A stretch of DNA of 39,080 nucleotides from Dehalococcoidia bacterium (GTDB lineage Bacteria; Chloroflexota; Dehalococcoidia; DSTF01; RBG-16-68-14): contig JBBEBM010000015.1 of NCBI GenBank assembly GCA_040882355.1, forward strand, positions 1-39,080, written 5' to 3'. The position numbers were made by a program, and so were the translations under genes. Positions 1 to 8,329 of the stretch are shown piece after piece. Position 1 is the first letter of the stretch. Every line of letters starts with the position of its first letter. The notes under the pieces are model-generated. The model ran no database searches and was not told the origin of the DNA. It saw only the letters and a program-made list of their open reading frames with translations.

Positions 1-68
1 GCGCCCTGCATCCCCGCTTCTTCAGCGTCTACTAGGAAAGGCGATCCTGAGCGGTATAATGTCACCCG

Positions 69-290
69 ATGGCTATCGACCTCTCGCATGGCAACGGCGC
101 CGAACCCGCCGAGTCGACCGACGACGAGCGGCTCGCCTGGCGCACGTTCCGTCCGCCGCCGGCGCTGGGCCTGCTCTTCGGGGCGGTCTACGGCGCGATC
201 GCAGGCGCCATCATCGCCTACGACGTCACGGTGCTGATTCGCCTCGGCCGCGTCCTCCGCGCCCGCATCCAGGGGCGCCACGCCGACTAG
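69..290 (+). CDS. Small membrane protein (73 aa), function unknown
   Basis: One hydrophobic segment (ALGLLFGAVYGAIAGAIIAYDVTVLI) and a basic tail. TATAAT at 55-60 lies 8 nt before the ATG. Confidence 0.65.
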   Translation: MAIDLSHGNGAEPAESTDDERLAWRTFRPPPALGLLFGAVYGAIAGAIIAYDVTVLIRLGRVLRARIQGRHAD

Positions 291-325
291 GGCGCGCTCC
301 TCGGACGTGCAGTATAATCACGCCC

Positions 326-1381
326 ATGGCAGAGGACGTTCCGGGCATCGACTTCGCCGGGCTGACGCCGTGGTTCCACGAGCACGTCGCGCCGGTCGAT
401 AAGCTGCAGGCGCAGATCATCGGGCACGGCCGCTCGAACCTGACGTATCGCATCTCCGCCGGCGATAAGAGTTGGGTGCTGCGCCGCCCGCCGCTCTCGC
501 ACGTGCAGCCCACGGCCCACGACATGGCGCGCGAGTTCCGTGTGCTCTCGGCGATGGTCGGCACAGCCGTGCCCGCGCCGCGCCCGATCGCGCTCTGCGA
601 CGACCCGGCGGTGAACGGCGCGCCCTTCTACATCATGGAGTACGTGGCGGGCATGGTGCCGACGAGCGCCGAGGAGTTCGCGAGGCGCTACGACGAAGCG
701 GCCCGCCGCCGCATGGGCGAAGAGCTGATCGACCACCTGGTCGCGCTGCACGCGCTCGAACCGGCGGAGGTCGGGCTGGGCGACTTCGGCAAGCCGCAGG
801 GTTACATCCAACGGCAGGTGCGCCGCTTCAGCGAGCAGCTCGCCCGAGCCAAGACGCGCGAGCTGCCGGAGCTGGACGAGCTGGCGAAGCGCCTCGTCGA
901 CGCGCTGCCCGCGAACAGCGACGCGGCGATCGTGCACGGCGACTACCGCCTGGACAACTCGATCGTGAGCGACGACGGCCACATCGCCGCGATCCTCGAC
1001 TGGGAGATGTCGACGCTGGGCGACCCCCTTGCCGACATCGGCATCCTGCGCATGTACTGGCCCGACCGCGGCTCGCCCGAGGCGGCGCCTCGACCCGCCG
1101 GCGCCAGCAGCGCAATCATCACGCTGCCCGGCTTCCCGAGCTGGCAGGAGGCGTCGGCGCGCTACGCGGAGCGCAGCGGCCGAGACCTGAGCAACCTGGA
1201 CTACTACATCGTTCTCGCGCACTTCAAGCTGGCGGTGATCCTCGAGAACATGCACGCCCGCTTCCTCGCCGGCGGCACTGTCGGCGGCGGTTTCGAGCTG
1301 ATCGGCCAGCAGGTGCTCGTGCTGGCCCGCAGCGGCCTCGCGGTCGCGAAGGGGTCGCAGGTCGCCGCGCTGCGCGGCTGA
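326..1381 (+). CDS. APH/choline-kinase-like phosphotransferase (ACAD10/11 N-terminal type)
   Basis: Motifs GRSNLTY, VLRRPP, HDMAREF, HGDYRLDN, LDWEMSTLGDPLAD. Start set at ATG 326, 7 nt after TATAAT (313-318). Confidence 0.9.
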   Translation: MAEDVPGIDFAGLTPWFHEHVAPVDKLQAQIIGHGRSNLTYRISAGDKSWVLRRPPLSHVQPTAHDMAREFRVLSAMVGTAVPAPRPIALCDDPAVNGAPFYIMEYVAGMVPTSAEEFARRYDEAARRRMGEELIDHLVALHALEPAEVGLGDFGKPQGYIQRQVRRFSEQLARAKTRELPELDELAKRLVDALPANSDAAIVHGDYRLDNSIVSDDGHIAAILDWEMSTLGDPLADIGILRMYWPDRGSPEAAPRPAGASSAIITLPGFPSWQEASARYAERSGRDLSNLDYYIVLAHFKLAVILENMHARFLAGGTVGGGFELIGQQVLVLARSGLAVAKGSQVAALRG

Positions 1382-1516
1382 GGCGCCGAGGCTCGACGCC
1401 CGACCTCCCACCCCTTGACCCTCCACGCCTGACGCTCTAGCCTGAAGGCCCCGCCAAGATGCCCTCGTCTGCTGTTGCATTCGCTGCCTGGTTGCGTTTA
1501 TGCCCTGGAGGCACCC

Positions 1517-2188
1517 ATCAAGGCCATACTGCCGTCCCTGGTGATCGCGCTCGCTGTGCTGGGCTGCTCGGGCGGAGAGCGCGAAACGGCGCCGCCCGCC
1601 GTGTCGCGACAGGAGGCGCAGGAAACGCCCGTCGCGGGCGCTTTGGCTACGCCGACGCTCGCGCCCCAGCCAACGCCCACGGCGTTCTCGCAGGTGGCGC
1701 CCGCCGTCCAGCCGCCGGACGCGACGCCCCTCGACCCACCACCACCGCCGCCCACGGCCACGCCCGTTCGCGGCGGCACGGACCTGCCGCTGCCAGCCGG
1801 CACGACGGTGGCCTGGGGCGGATGCGCTTCGGGCGGGCGCTGCTACTCGTTCAACTTCTACTGGGCACCGACCCATGAGGCGGTACTCCAGAACGGTGAG
1901 CCCGAGATCAAGGTCCAGCACGAGCTGTGCCACGCGCACCAGCACTGGTCGATCAACGGGGGCGCGCCCCTCAGCGCGCTCGACTACGACCTTGAGCCGT
2001 GGTACGGCACCGGCGAAGGCCAGAGCTACGTCTCGGCGGTATCGGGCCTCCCGTGGCCATGGTCGCACAGCGCGGTCAGCGGGCTCGAGGACTTCGCCTG
2101 GACCTGCGCATACTGGTACCTCGACCCGGCCCACCTGCTGCAGGTCAGCCCGCAGCGTTACGACTGGGCCGCTTCGCACTTGCCGTAG
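1517..2188 (+). CDS. Putative lipoprotein with Pro/Thr-rich linker and HExxH zinc-peptidase-like domain
   Basis: KAILPSLVIALAVLG-C lipobox-like signal, PTPT-rich linker, HELCH and downstream EDFA. Start uncertain: the ORF track gives TTG 1475, but GGAGG at 1507-1511 points to ATC 1517. Confidence 0.65.
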   Translation: MKAILPSLVIALAVLGCSGGERETAPPAVSRQEAQETPVAGALATPTLAPQPTPTAFSQVAPAVQPPDATPLDPPPPPPTATPVRGGTDLPLPAGTTVAWGGCASGGRCYSFNFYWAPTHEAVLQNGEPEIKVQHELCHAHQHWSINGGAPLSALDYDLEPWYGTGEGQSYVSAVSGLPWPWSHSAVSGLEDFAWTCAYWYLDPAHLLQVSPQRYDWAASHLP

Positions 2189-2430
2189 CTTTCCTTTCCT
2201 TCCCTGTCCTTGCCTCCCCTCTCCGCCGCCCGCTTTTGTGCGTCACGGGCTTGAGTTTTGGAGCGTACCCGCGCTCTGTCCGCCGCTGTGTGCGTAGCTG
2301 CAGACCTGAGGGGTCTGCGGCTACGCAGCCGACTCCGCCACTCCTTAGAGCTCACCCAGCCACGCCGCATGCGCGTTCCGGCCCTCGGGCCACCTCTGAT
2401 ATGATGGAGGGAGCACCTAAGGAGGACGAC

Positions 2431-3303
2431 ATGGCAAGACGCGCGCTTGTGCTGGGTGGCGGCGGAGTGATCGGTATCGCCTGGGAGGCTGGCGTCGTAG
2501 CCGGGCTGAATGAAAAGGGCCTGGGCGTCGCCGACGCCGACCTGATCGTCGGCACGTCGGCCGGCTCGGTCGTCGGCAGCCAGCTCGCACTGGGCAAGAC
2601 GCCGGCCGACATCGTGGCGATGGTCTCCGAGCCGGTCGAGAACGACGGCCTGCTCGACGTCAGCGACCTCGATCTGGAGGCGCTCGGCAAGATCTTCACG
2701 AAGTGGGCCACCGCGCCTCAGTTCACGCAGGCCGTCTGCGCCGAGATCGGCGCGCTCGCCGCGTCGGCGAGCACCATCCCCGAGGAGCAGTGGATCGGGC
2801 CGTTTCTCGAACGCGCGTCGGATGGCTGGCCGGGGCGCGCGCTCAAGGTGACAGCCGTCGACGTCGGCGACGGCTCGTTCGCCGTCTGGGACCGCGACTC
2901 GGGCGTCGACCTCGGGCGAGCCGTGGCGTCGAGCTGCACCGTGCCCGGCCTCTTCGCGCCGGTGACGATCAACGGCCGTCGCTATATGGACGGAGGCGTA
3001 CGTTCGATCGCGAGCGCCGACCTGGCGGCGGGCTACGAGACGGTGCTCATCATCGCGCCCATCAGCACGCAGCCGGCCGGCATTGGTCCGCCGGTGCTGC
3101 GCGACCTCAAGCTCGAGGTCGCCGCTCTCCGTCGCGACGGCGCGACCGTCGAGACGGTCCTGCCGGACGAGGCCTCGTTGGCCGCGTTCGGCCCGAACAT
3201 GATGGACCCGACGTTTCGCGAGCCGTCGCTTCAGGCCGGACTGCGCCAGGGCCGCGAAGCCGCCGACCGGGTGCGGGACCTCTGGGCCGGCGCGACGGTA
3301 TGA
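2431..3303 (+). CDS. Patatin-like phospholipase/esterase
   Basis: GGGGVIG oxyanion loop, GTSAG nucleophile, DGG catalytic Asp. AAGGAGG RBS. Extended -10 TGaTATGAT at 2397-2405. Confidence 0.92.
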   Translation: MARRALVLGGGGVIGIAWEAGVVAGLNEKGLGVADADLIVGTSAGSVVGSQLALGKTPADIVAMVSEPVENDGLLDVSDLDLEALGKIFTKWATAPQFTQAVCAEIGALAASASTIPEEQWIGPFLERASDGWPGRALKVTAVDVGDGSFAVWDRDSGVDLGRAVASSCTVPGLFAPVTINGRRYMDGGVRSIASADLAAGYETVLIIAPISTQPAGIGPPVLRDLKLEVAALRRDGATVETVLPDEASLAAFGPNMMDPTFREPSLQAGLRQGREAADRVRDLWAGATV

Positions 3304-3980
3304 CGCGGATGGCCGGCGGCAACGGCCGGAAGTCGAAGCGCACCACGCTCAAGCGCTTGCCCGACCGCGGCGCGCACGACTTCGAGACGATCGCGGGCAT
3401 CCTGGACGAGGGCTTCTTCTGCCACGTCGGCTTCGTCGCCGACGGCCAGCCGTACGTCGTGCCGACGGGCTACGGCCGTGACGGACGCACGCTCTACATC
3501 CACGGCTCGTCAGCGAGCCGCATGCTGCGCGGCCTTTCGAGCGGCATACCTATGTGCGTGACCGTCACGCTCTTCGACGGGCTGGTGCTCGCTCGTTCCG
3601 CGTTCCACCACTCGATCAACTATCGTTCCGTGATGGTGCTGGGTGTCGCGCGGCAAGCCGAAGGCGACGAGAAGCTGCGCGGCCTGCGAACGATCACCGA
3701 GCACATGATGCGCGGGCGCTGGGACGACGTGCGCGCCCCGACAACGCAGGAGCTGAAGGCGACGACGGTGCTTCAGCTCGACATCGACGAGGCCTCAGCG
3801 AAGGTCCGCACCGGCGGCCCGAAAGATGACGAGGAGGACTTCGCGCTGGCCATCTGGGCGGGGGTGCTGCCGTTCAAGCTCGTGCCGCAGACCCCTGCAC
3901 CCGACAAGCAGCTCGCGCCGGGCGTCGAGCTGCCGCCGTACCTCGCAACGTACGGCCGTTCACAGGAGGTTGCTTCATGA
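3300..3980 (+). CDS. Pyridoxamine 5'-phosphate oxidase-like flavin-binding protein (NimA-related)
   Basis: ILDEGFFCHVGF, PYVVPT, LYIHGS, DGLVLARSAFHHSINYRSV. ATGA overlaps with both neighbouring genes. Confidence 0.88.
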   Translation: MTRMAGGNGRKSKRTTLKRLPDRGAHDFETIAGILDEGFFCHVGFVADGQPYVVPTGYGRDGRTLYIHGSSASRMLRGLSSGIPMCVTVTLFDGLVLARSAFHHSINYRSVMVLGVARQAEGDEKLRGLRTITEHMMRGRWDDVRAPTTQELKATTVLQLDIDEASAKVRTGGPKDDEEDFALAIWAGVLPFKLVPQTPAPDKQLAPGVELPPYLATYGRSQEVAS

Positions 3981-5428
3981 CAGACGTATCCGGCAAAGGC
4001 GCGCCCGGCGTTGCATTCATGCGCGAGCGCTTCAGCATCGACGAGGCGACCGCGCAGGGCTTGCTCGACATCGCCCTGTCGCAGGGCGGCGAGTACGCCG
4101 AGCTGTACTTCGAGCAGAAGACCGGCGGCAGCATCCAGTTCGAGGAGAGCGCCGTACGGAACGCCACGCGAAGCATCAATCAGGGCGTCGGCATTCGGGT
4201 GCTCCTCGGCGAAGCCGTCGGCTACGCCTACACCGAAGACCTCAGCTCGGACGCCATGCGCCGCGCCGCCGACACCGCCGCCCGCATCGCCTCGCGCGGC
4301 GGCAAGGCGCCGGCCATCGACGTCATGCACTACGAGACGCCTCAGTACTACGCGCCCGAGGGCAGCACCGTCGACGTGCCCGCCGAGGACAAGGTCGACC
4401 TGATGCGCCGCGCGGACAGCGCCGCCCGCGCTTTCGATCCTTCGATCCAGCGCGCCGACATCACATTCGTCGACGAGCTGAAGCACGTCGCGATCTTCAC
4501 GAGCGACGGCCGCATGACGGGCGACGTCCAGCCGCTGGTGCGCTTCAACGTGAGCTGCCTCTCCGAACGCGACGGCAGCCGCCAGACGGCTCGTTGGGGC
4601 GGAGGCGGTCGGATGGGCATGACCTACTTCGAGGACGCGCAGCCGGAGGAACTGGCGCGCGAGGCCGCCCGCCAGGCCGTGCTCCTGCAGGAGTCGGTCG
4701 AAGCGCCCGCCGGCACATTCCCGGTCGTCCTCGCAGCCGGCGACTCGGGCATCTTGCTGCACGAAGCGATCGGCCACGGCCTGGAGGCCGACTTCAACCG
4801 CAAGAAGACGAGCAACTACTCCGACCGCATCGGCGAGCAGGTCGCCTCCGAGCTGTGCACCGTGGTGGACGACGGCACGATCATGGACAGCCGCGGATCG
4901 ATCAACGTCGACGACGAAGGCAACCTGCCCGGCTACAACGTGTTGATCGAAAACGGCATGTTGCGCGCCTATCTGCAGGACCGGATCAGCGCGAAGGCGA
5001 TGGGCACCCAGCCCAGCGGCAACGGGCGCCGCCAGTCGTTCAAGCACTACCCGATGCCGCGCATGACCAACACGTACCTCCTCGCCGGCGAGAGCGACCC
5101 GGAGGAGATCATCCGCTCCGTGAAGAAGGGGATCTACTGCGTCGCCTTCTCCGGCGGCCAGGTGAACATCAGCAACGGCGACTTCGTCTTCAGCGTCACC
5201 GAGGGCTACCTGATCGAGGACGGCAAGATCACTGCGCCGATGCGGAACGTGAACCTGATCGGCAACGGCCCGGACGTGCTCACCAAAGTCACCGCTGTCG
5301 GCCACGACTACGCCCTGAGCGACGGGCGCTGGACGTGCGGCAAGGACGGCCAGTCCGTGCCCGTCGGCGTTGGCATTCCGACCGTGCTCGTCTCAGGCAT
5401 GACCGTCGGCGGCACGAACGCGGGCTAG
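3977..5428 (+). CDS. tldD: TldD metalloprotease subunit
   Basis: LLHEAIGHGLEAD (HExxxH), DDEG, GNGRRQS, PMPRMTNT, CGKDGQSVPV. AGGAGG RBS. Confidence 0.95.
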   Translation: MTDVSGKGAPGVAFMRERFSIDEATAQGLLDIALSQGGEYAELYFEQKTGGSIQFEESAVRNATRSINQGVGIRVLLGEAVGYAYTEDLSSDAMRRAADTAARIASRGGKAPAIDVMHYETPQYYAPEGSTVDVPAEDKVDLMRRADSAARAFDPSIQRADITFVDELKHVAIFTSDGRMTGDVQPLVRFNVSCLSERDGSRQTARWGGGGRMGMTYFEDAQPEELAREAARQAVLLQESVEAPAGTFPVVLAAGDSGILLHEAIGHGLEADFNRKKTSNYSDRIGEQVASELCTVVDDGTIMDSRGSINVDDEGNLPGYNVLIENGMLRAYLQDRISAKAMGTQPSGNGRRQSFKHYPMPRMTNTYLLAGESDPEEIIRSVKKGIYCVAFSGGQVNISNGDFVFSVTEGYLIEDGKITAPMRNVNLIGNGPDVLTKVTAVGHDYALSDGRWTCGKDGQSVPVGVGIPTVLVSGMTVGGTNAG

Positions 5429-5442
5429 CCGCTTCGGCCATC

Positions 5443-5474
5443 TTCACGCCGCCTTCATCTAGGCTGCCGATACT
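5443..5474 (+). promoter_or_regulatory. Candidate response-regulator box and -10 upstream of the regulator gene
   Basis: TTCACG (5443) and TTCATC (5454) 11 nt apart, then 9 nt, then GATACT (5469-5474). Confidence 0.6.
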
Positions 5475-5501
5475 TCGATAACTGGAGGTTTCGGAGCCGC
5501 C

Positions 5502-6182
5502 GTGCGAGTGCTCCTCGTCGAAGACGAACCCAGGATCGCCGACTTCATTTCGCGGGGCCTCACTGAGGAGGGCTACGCTGTCGACGTCGCGTCCGACGGC
5601 GAGGAGGCGCTCGACTGGCCGGAGCTGGTCGATTTCGACGTGATCGTCCTCGACGTGATGCTCCCGCTGCGAGACGGCATCGACGTGTGCCGGACGCTGC
5701 GACAGCGCGGCGCCCGCACGCCGATCCTGATGCTCACGGCGAAAGACGCCGTCGAAGACCGCGTGCGCGGCCTGGACAGCGGGGCTGACGATTACCTAGT
5801 CAAGCCGTTCGCCTTCGCGGAGCTGCTCGCTCGCGTCCGCGCCCTGCTTCGCCGGGAGCAGGCGGTCCACGGCTCGCTGCTGCAGGTCGACGACCTCGAG
5901 CTCGATACGGCGACCCGGACCGCTTCTCGCGGGGGCGAGCCGATCGAGCTGACGACGAAGGAGTACGCGATCCTCGAGTACCTGATGCGCCACCCGAGCC
6001 AGGTGCTCACCCGCACGATGATCGCGGAGCACGTCTGGAACTACGACTTCGATGCGGAGAGCAACGTGATCGACGTCCACGTCCGGAACCTCCGCCGCAA
6101 GATCGACGACTCGTTCCAAGCGAAGCTCCTGCAGACCGTGCGAGGCGCGGGATACCGCATCGTCAAGCCGCGGCCGGAGTAG
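5502..6182 (+). CDS. OmpR/PhoB-family DNA-binding response regulator
   Basis: LLVEDE, LDVMLP, LMLTAKD, GADDYLVKPF, winged-helix NVIDVHVRNLRRKID and TVRGAGY. Confidence 0.95.
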   Translation: MRVLLVEDEPRIADFISRGLTEEGYAVDVASDGEEALDWPELVDFDVIVLDVMLPLRDGIDVCRTLRQRGARTPILMLTAKDAVEDRVRGLDSGADDYLVKPFAFAELLARVRALLRREQAVHGSLLQVDDLELDTATRTASRGGEPIELTTKEYAILEYLMRHPSQVLTRTMIAEHVWNYDFDAESNVIDVHVRNLRRKIDDSFQAKLLQTVRGAGYRIVKPRPE

Positions 6183-6185
6183 CTG

Positions 6186-7583
6186 ATGCGCCGACTGCGG
6201 TCGATCCGGGTCAGGCTCACGCTCTGGTACGTCGTGCTGCTCGCCGTGATCCTCGCCGCCTTCAGCGCGGGCATCTACCTCACGCTCCGCTACAGCCTGT
6301 CCAGCAACCTGAACGACTCGCTCACGAACCGCGCGAATATCTTGCTCGGCATCGTTCAGTATGAGGACGGGCGCCCAACGCTGGACGGCCTCGTCTCTAC
6401 CGTCGATCAGGAGCTCGACGAGCAGGTCGTCCGCGTCTACGACGGCAGTGGCGCGGTGAGCTTCGACAGCAGCTCAGACATCGAGTCTCTCGCCATCGAT
6501 CCTGAAGCGATCCAGGACGCGCTTGACGGACGCTCCAGCACGCGCACCGTCCAGATCGAGGACGAGACGCTGCGGGCGCGAATCGTTCCCATCTCGCAGA
6601 GCGAGCAGATCAGCGGCGTCCTCGTCGTCGGGCTGACAGAGGACGATATGGTGGAGACGCTGCGATCGCTGCTGCTGATCCTCGCGATCGCTTACCCGGT
6701 GACGCTCGTCGTGGCGAGCGCGGGCGGGATCTTCCTGGCGGGGCGGGCCCTCTCGCCCATCGACAAGATCACGCGGCTGGCGCAACGCATCTCCGCCGAC
6801 GACCTGAGCCAGCGCCTCGACGCGACGATGCCGGACGACGAGGTGGGTCAGCTCGCCCGCACGTTCAACGAGATGATCGCGCGGCTCGACGCCGCCTTCC
6901 AGCGCCAGCGCCAGTTCACGGCGGACGCTTCGCACGAGATGCGCACCCCCCTCACCGCGATCAAGGGCCAGATCGAGGTCGCGCTCTCCCGCCCGCGCGA
7001 GGCCGAAGCCTACCGCGACGTGCTCCAGGGCGCGAACGAGGAGGTCGACCGGCTGATCCGGCTCGTCGGCAGCCTCCTCACGCTCGCGCGCGCCGACGCC
7101 GGCGAGATACCGCTCGCATCGGAGCCGGTCAGGCCGGGCGACCTCGTCGCGTCGGCGGTCGAACACGTTCGGCCCGCGGCTGCGCAGAAGGAGGTCACGA
7201 TCGACGTCGAGGCCGGCGCCGACGTGACCTTGCAGGCGGACCAGGACCTGCTCCTCCAGCTCCTGCTCAACCTCCTCGACAACGCACTCAAGTACACGCC
7301 CCAGGGCGGTCACGTCACGGCCGGCTGGAGCGCTGACGGCACGTCGGCCCGAATCTGGGTGCGCGACACGGGCATCGGGATCGCGGCTGAGGAACAGCAG
7401 CGCATCTTCGACCGCTTCTACCGCGTCGACAAGGCGCGCAGCCGCGCGGCGGGCGGATCGGGTCTCGGCCTCAGCATCTCGCGCTGGATCGCGGATGCCC
7501 ACGGTGGGACGATCTCGGTCGAGAGCGGCGCCGGCCAGGGTGCGCTGTTCACGGTCACGCTCCCGCTACCTGGCCGCGCGTAA
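6186..7583 (+). CDS. HAMP-domain sensor histidine kinase (CusS/MprB-like)
   Basis: Two TM segments, HAMP (DEVGQLARTFNEM), H-box ADASHEMRTPL, N-box NLLDNALKY, G1 DTGIGI, G2 GGSGLGL. Confidence 0.95.
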   Translation: MRRLRSIRVRLTLWYVVLLAVILAAFSAGIYLTLRYSLSSNLNDSLTNRANILLGIVQYEDGRPTLDGLVSTVDQELDEQVVRVYDGSGAVSFDSSSDIESLAIDPEAIQDALDGRSSTRTVQIEDETLRARIVPISQSEQISGVLVVGLTEDDMVETLRSLLLILAIAYPVTLVVASAGGIFLAGRALSPIDKITRLAQRISADDLSQRLDATMPDDEVGQLARTFNEMIARLDAAFQRQRQFTADASHEMRTPLTAIKGQIEVALSRPREAEAYRDVLQGANEEVDRLIRLVGSLLTLARADAGEIPLASEPVRPGDLVASAVEHVRPAAAQKEVTIDVEAGADVTLQADQDLLLQLLLNLLDNALKYTPQGGHVTAGWSADGTSARIWVRDTGIGIAAEEQQRIFDRFYRVDKARSRAAGGSGLGLSISRWIADAHGGTISVESGAGQGALFTVTLPLPGRA

Positions 7584-7596
7584 CTTCCCAGCCTCA

Positions 7597-7639
7597 TTCA
7601 TCTGCGGTTCATCGTCGCTTCATCTGCGAGCGTTAGTCT
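7597..7639 (+). promoter_or_regulatory. Candidate response-regulator box (3 x TTCATC) and -10 upstream of the PepSY gene
   Basis: TTCATC at 7597, 7608 and 7619 (11-nt period), then 9 nt, then TAGTCT (7634-7639). Confidence 0.7.
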
Positions 7640-7685
7640 GCGCTTGAAACGAACGGAGCATTCAAGCGAAAGGAGCCAACACGCC

Positions 7686-8027
7686 ATGAACAGAAGCAAG
7701 CGCCTGTACATCGTGGGCGGGCTGATCGCCGTCCTCGCGCTCGGGGCGATCGGCGGCGGCATCGCTATCGCCACCGGCGCCGGTGACGACGACCAGCCGA
7801 TCACCGGCGCCGCTCTCGACCAGGCCAAGGCCGCCGCCCTCGAGCACACCGGCGGGGGCACGGTGACCGAAACCGAAATGGGCGACGATGGGGCCGCCTA
7901 CGGCGTCGAGGTCCGGCTCAACGACGGAAGCCAGGTTGAGGTGAACCTCGACGAGAACTTCAACGTCATCGGCCAGGAGAACGACGACGACGGCCCCAAC
8001 AACGACGACGGGACCAACGATGACTAA
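7686..8027 (+). CDS. Exported PepSY-domain protein
   Basis: N-terminal signal/TM, then AKAAALEHTGGGTVTETE..YGVEV..DG..VEVNLD and an acidic tail. AAAGGAG RBS before ATG 7686. Confidence 0.8.
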   Translation: MNRSKRLYIVGGLIAVLALGAIGGGIAIATGAGDDDQPITGAALDQAKAAALEHTGGGTVTETEMGDDGAAYGVEVRLNDGSQVEVNLDENFNVIGQENDDDGPNNDDGTNDD

Positions 8028-8033
8028 CGAGGT

Positions 8034-8093
8034 CTGAGGGTTGAAGATACGTCTGAGGGTTTCCACTCCCGCCTGAGGGTTAGAAACCCTCAG
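8034..8093. repeat. Three direct copies and one inverted copy of CTGAGGGTT
   Basis: Direct copies at 8034, 8053 and 8073. Inverted copy AACCCTCAG at 8085-8093. Confidence 0.8.
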
Positions 8094-8209
8094 CTTCGAA
8101 GGGGCAGCGCGTGTGACTCTGGTCTAAGTAGTAGCCGTGCCGAATTCTGGAGCTGCACGATCCATCCCGCAGACGTGAGCACAACACCTGCAAGATCACC
8201 TCGATTCCC

Positions 8210-8237
8210 AGAGAGGAGCCGGAACCGGCTCCTCTCT
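8210..8237. terminator. Strong hairpin, possible terminator
   Basis: AGAGAGGAGCCGG-AA-CCGGCTCCTCTCT perfect inverted repeat. No clear U-tract. Confidence 0.5.
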
Positions 8238-8274
8238 CGCCTTGCTTGATCGGTCGCCATCTGGGTCGTGCACC

Positions 8275-8306
8275 TTCATGTTGACTTCATTGGGCGGATC
8301 GATACT
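8275..8306 (+). promoter_or_regulatory. Candidate response-regulator box and -10 upstream of the lipoprotein gene
   Basis: TTCATG (8275) and TTCATT (8286) 11 nt apart, then 9 nt, then GATACT (8301-8306). Confidence 0.65.
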
Positions 8307-8329
8307 CTTGGCGAAGGAGGACATGAACC

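Noticed and set aside
59..325. N-terminal extension of the 59-1381 ORF
   Set aside because: Arg-rich, overlaps the 69-290 gene in another frame and runs through the TATAAT box. Family similarity begins at ATG 326.
287..2179. 630-aa minus-strand ORF, and similar long ORFs at 3773-5305 (-), 3826-5481 (+), 25421-27004 (+) and 32842-34365 (-)
   Set aside because: Shadow or alternative-frame ORFs over well-supported genes. They are Arg/Ala/Gly-rich with no motifs, as expected in high-GC DNA.
8034..8093. Possible mini-CRISPR
   Set aside because: The repeat is only 9-10 bp with about 10-bp spacers, far below CRISPR dimensions, and there are no cas genes.
8128..8150. GTAGTAGCCGTGCCGAATTC as a reversed tRNA 3'-end (att site) relic
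   Set aside because: No TTCGA T-loop match and no cloverleaf. The resemblance is too weak.
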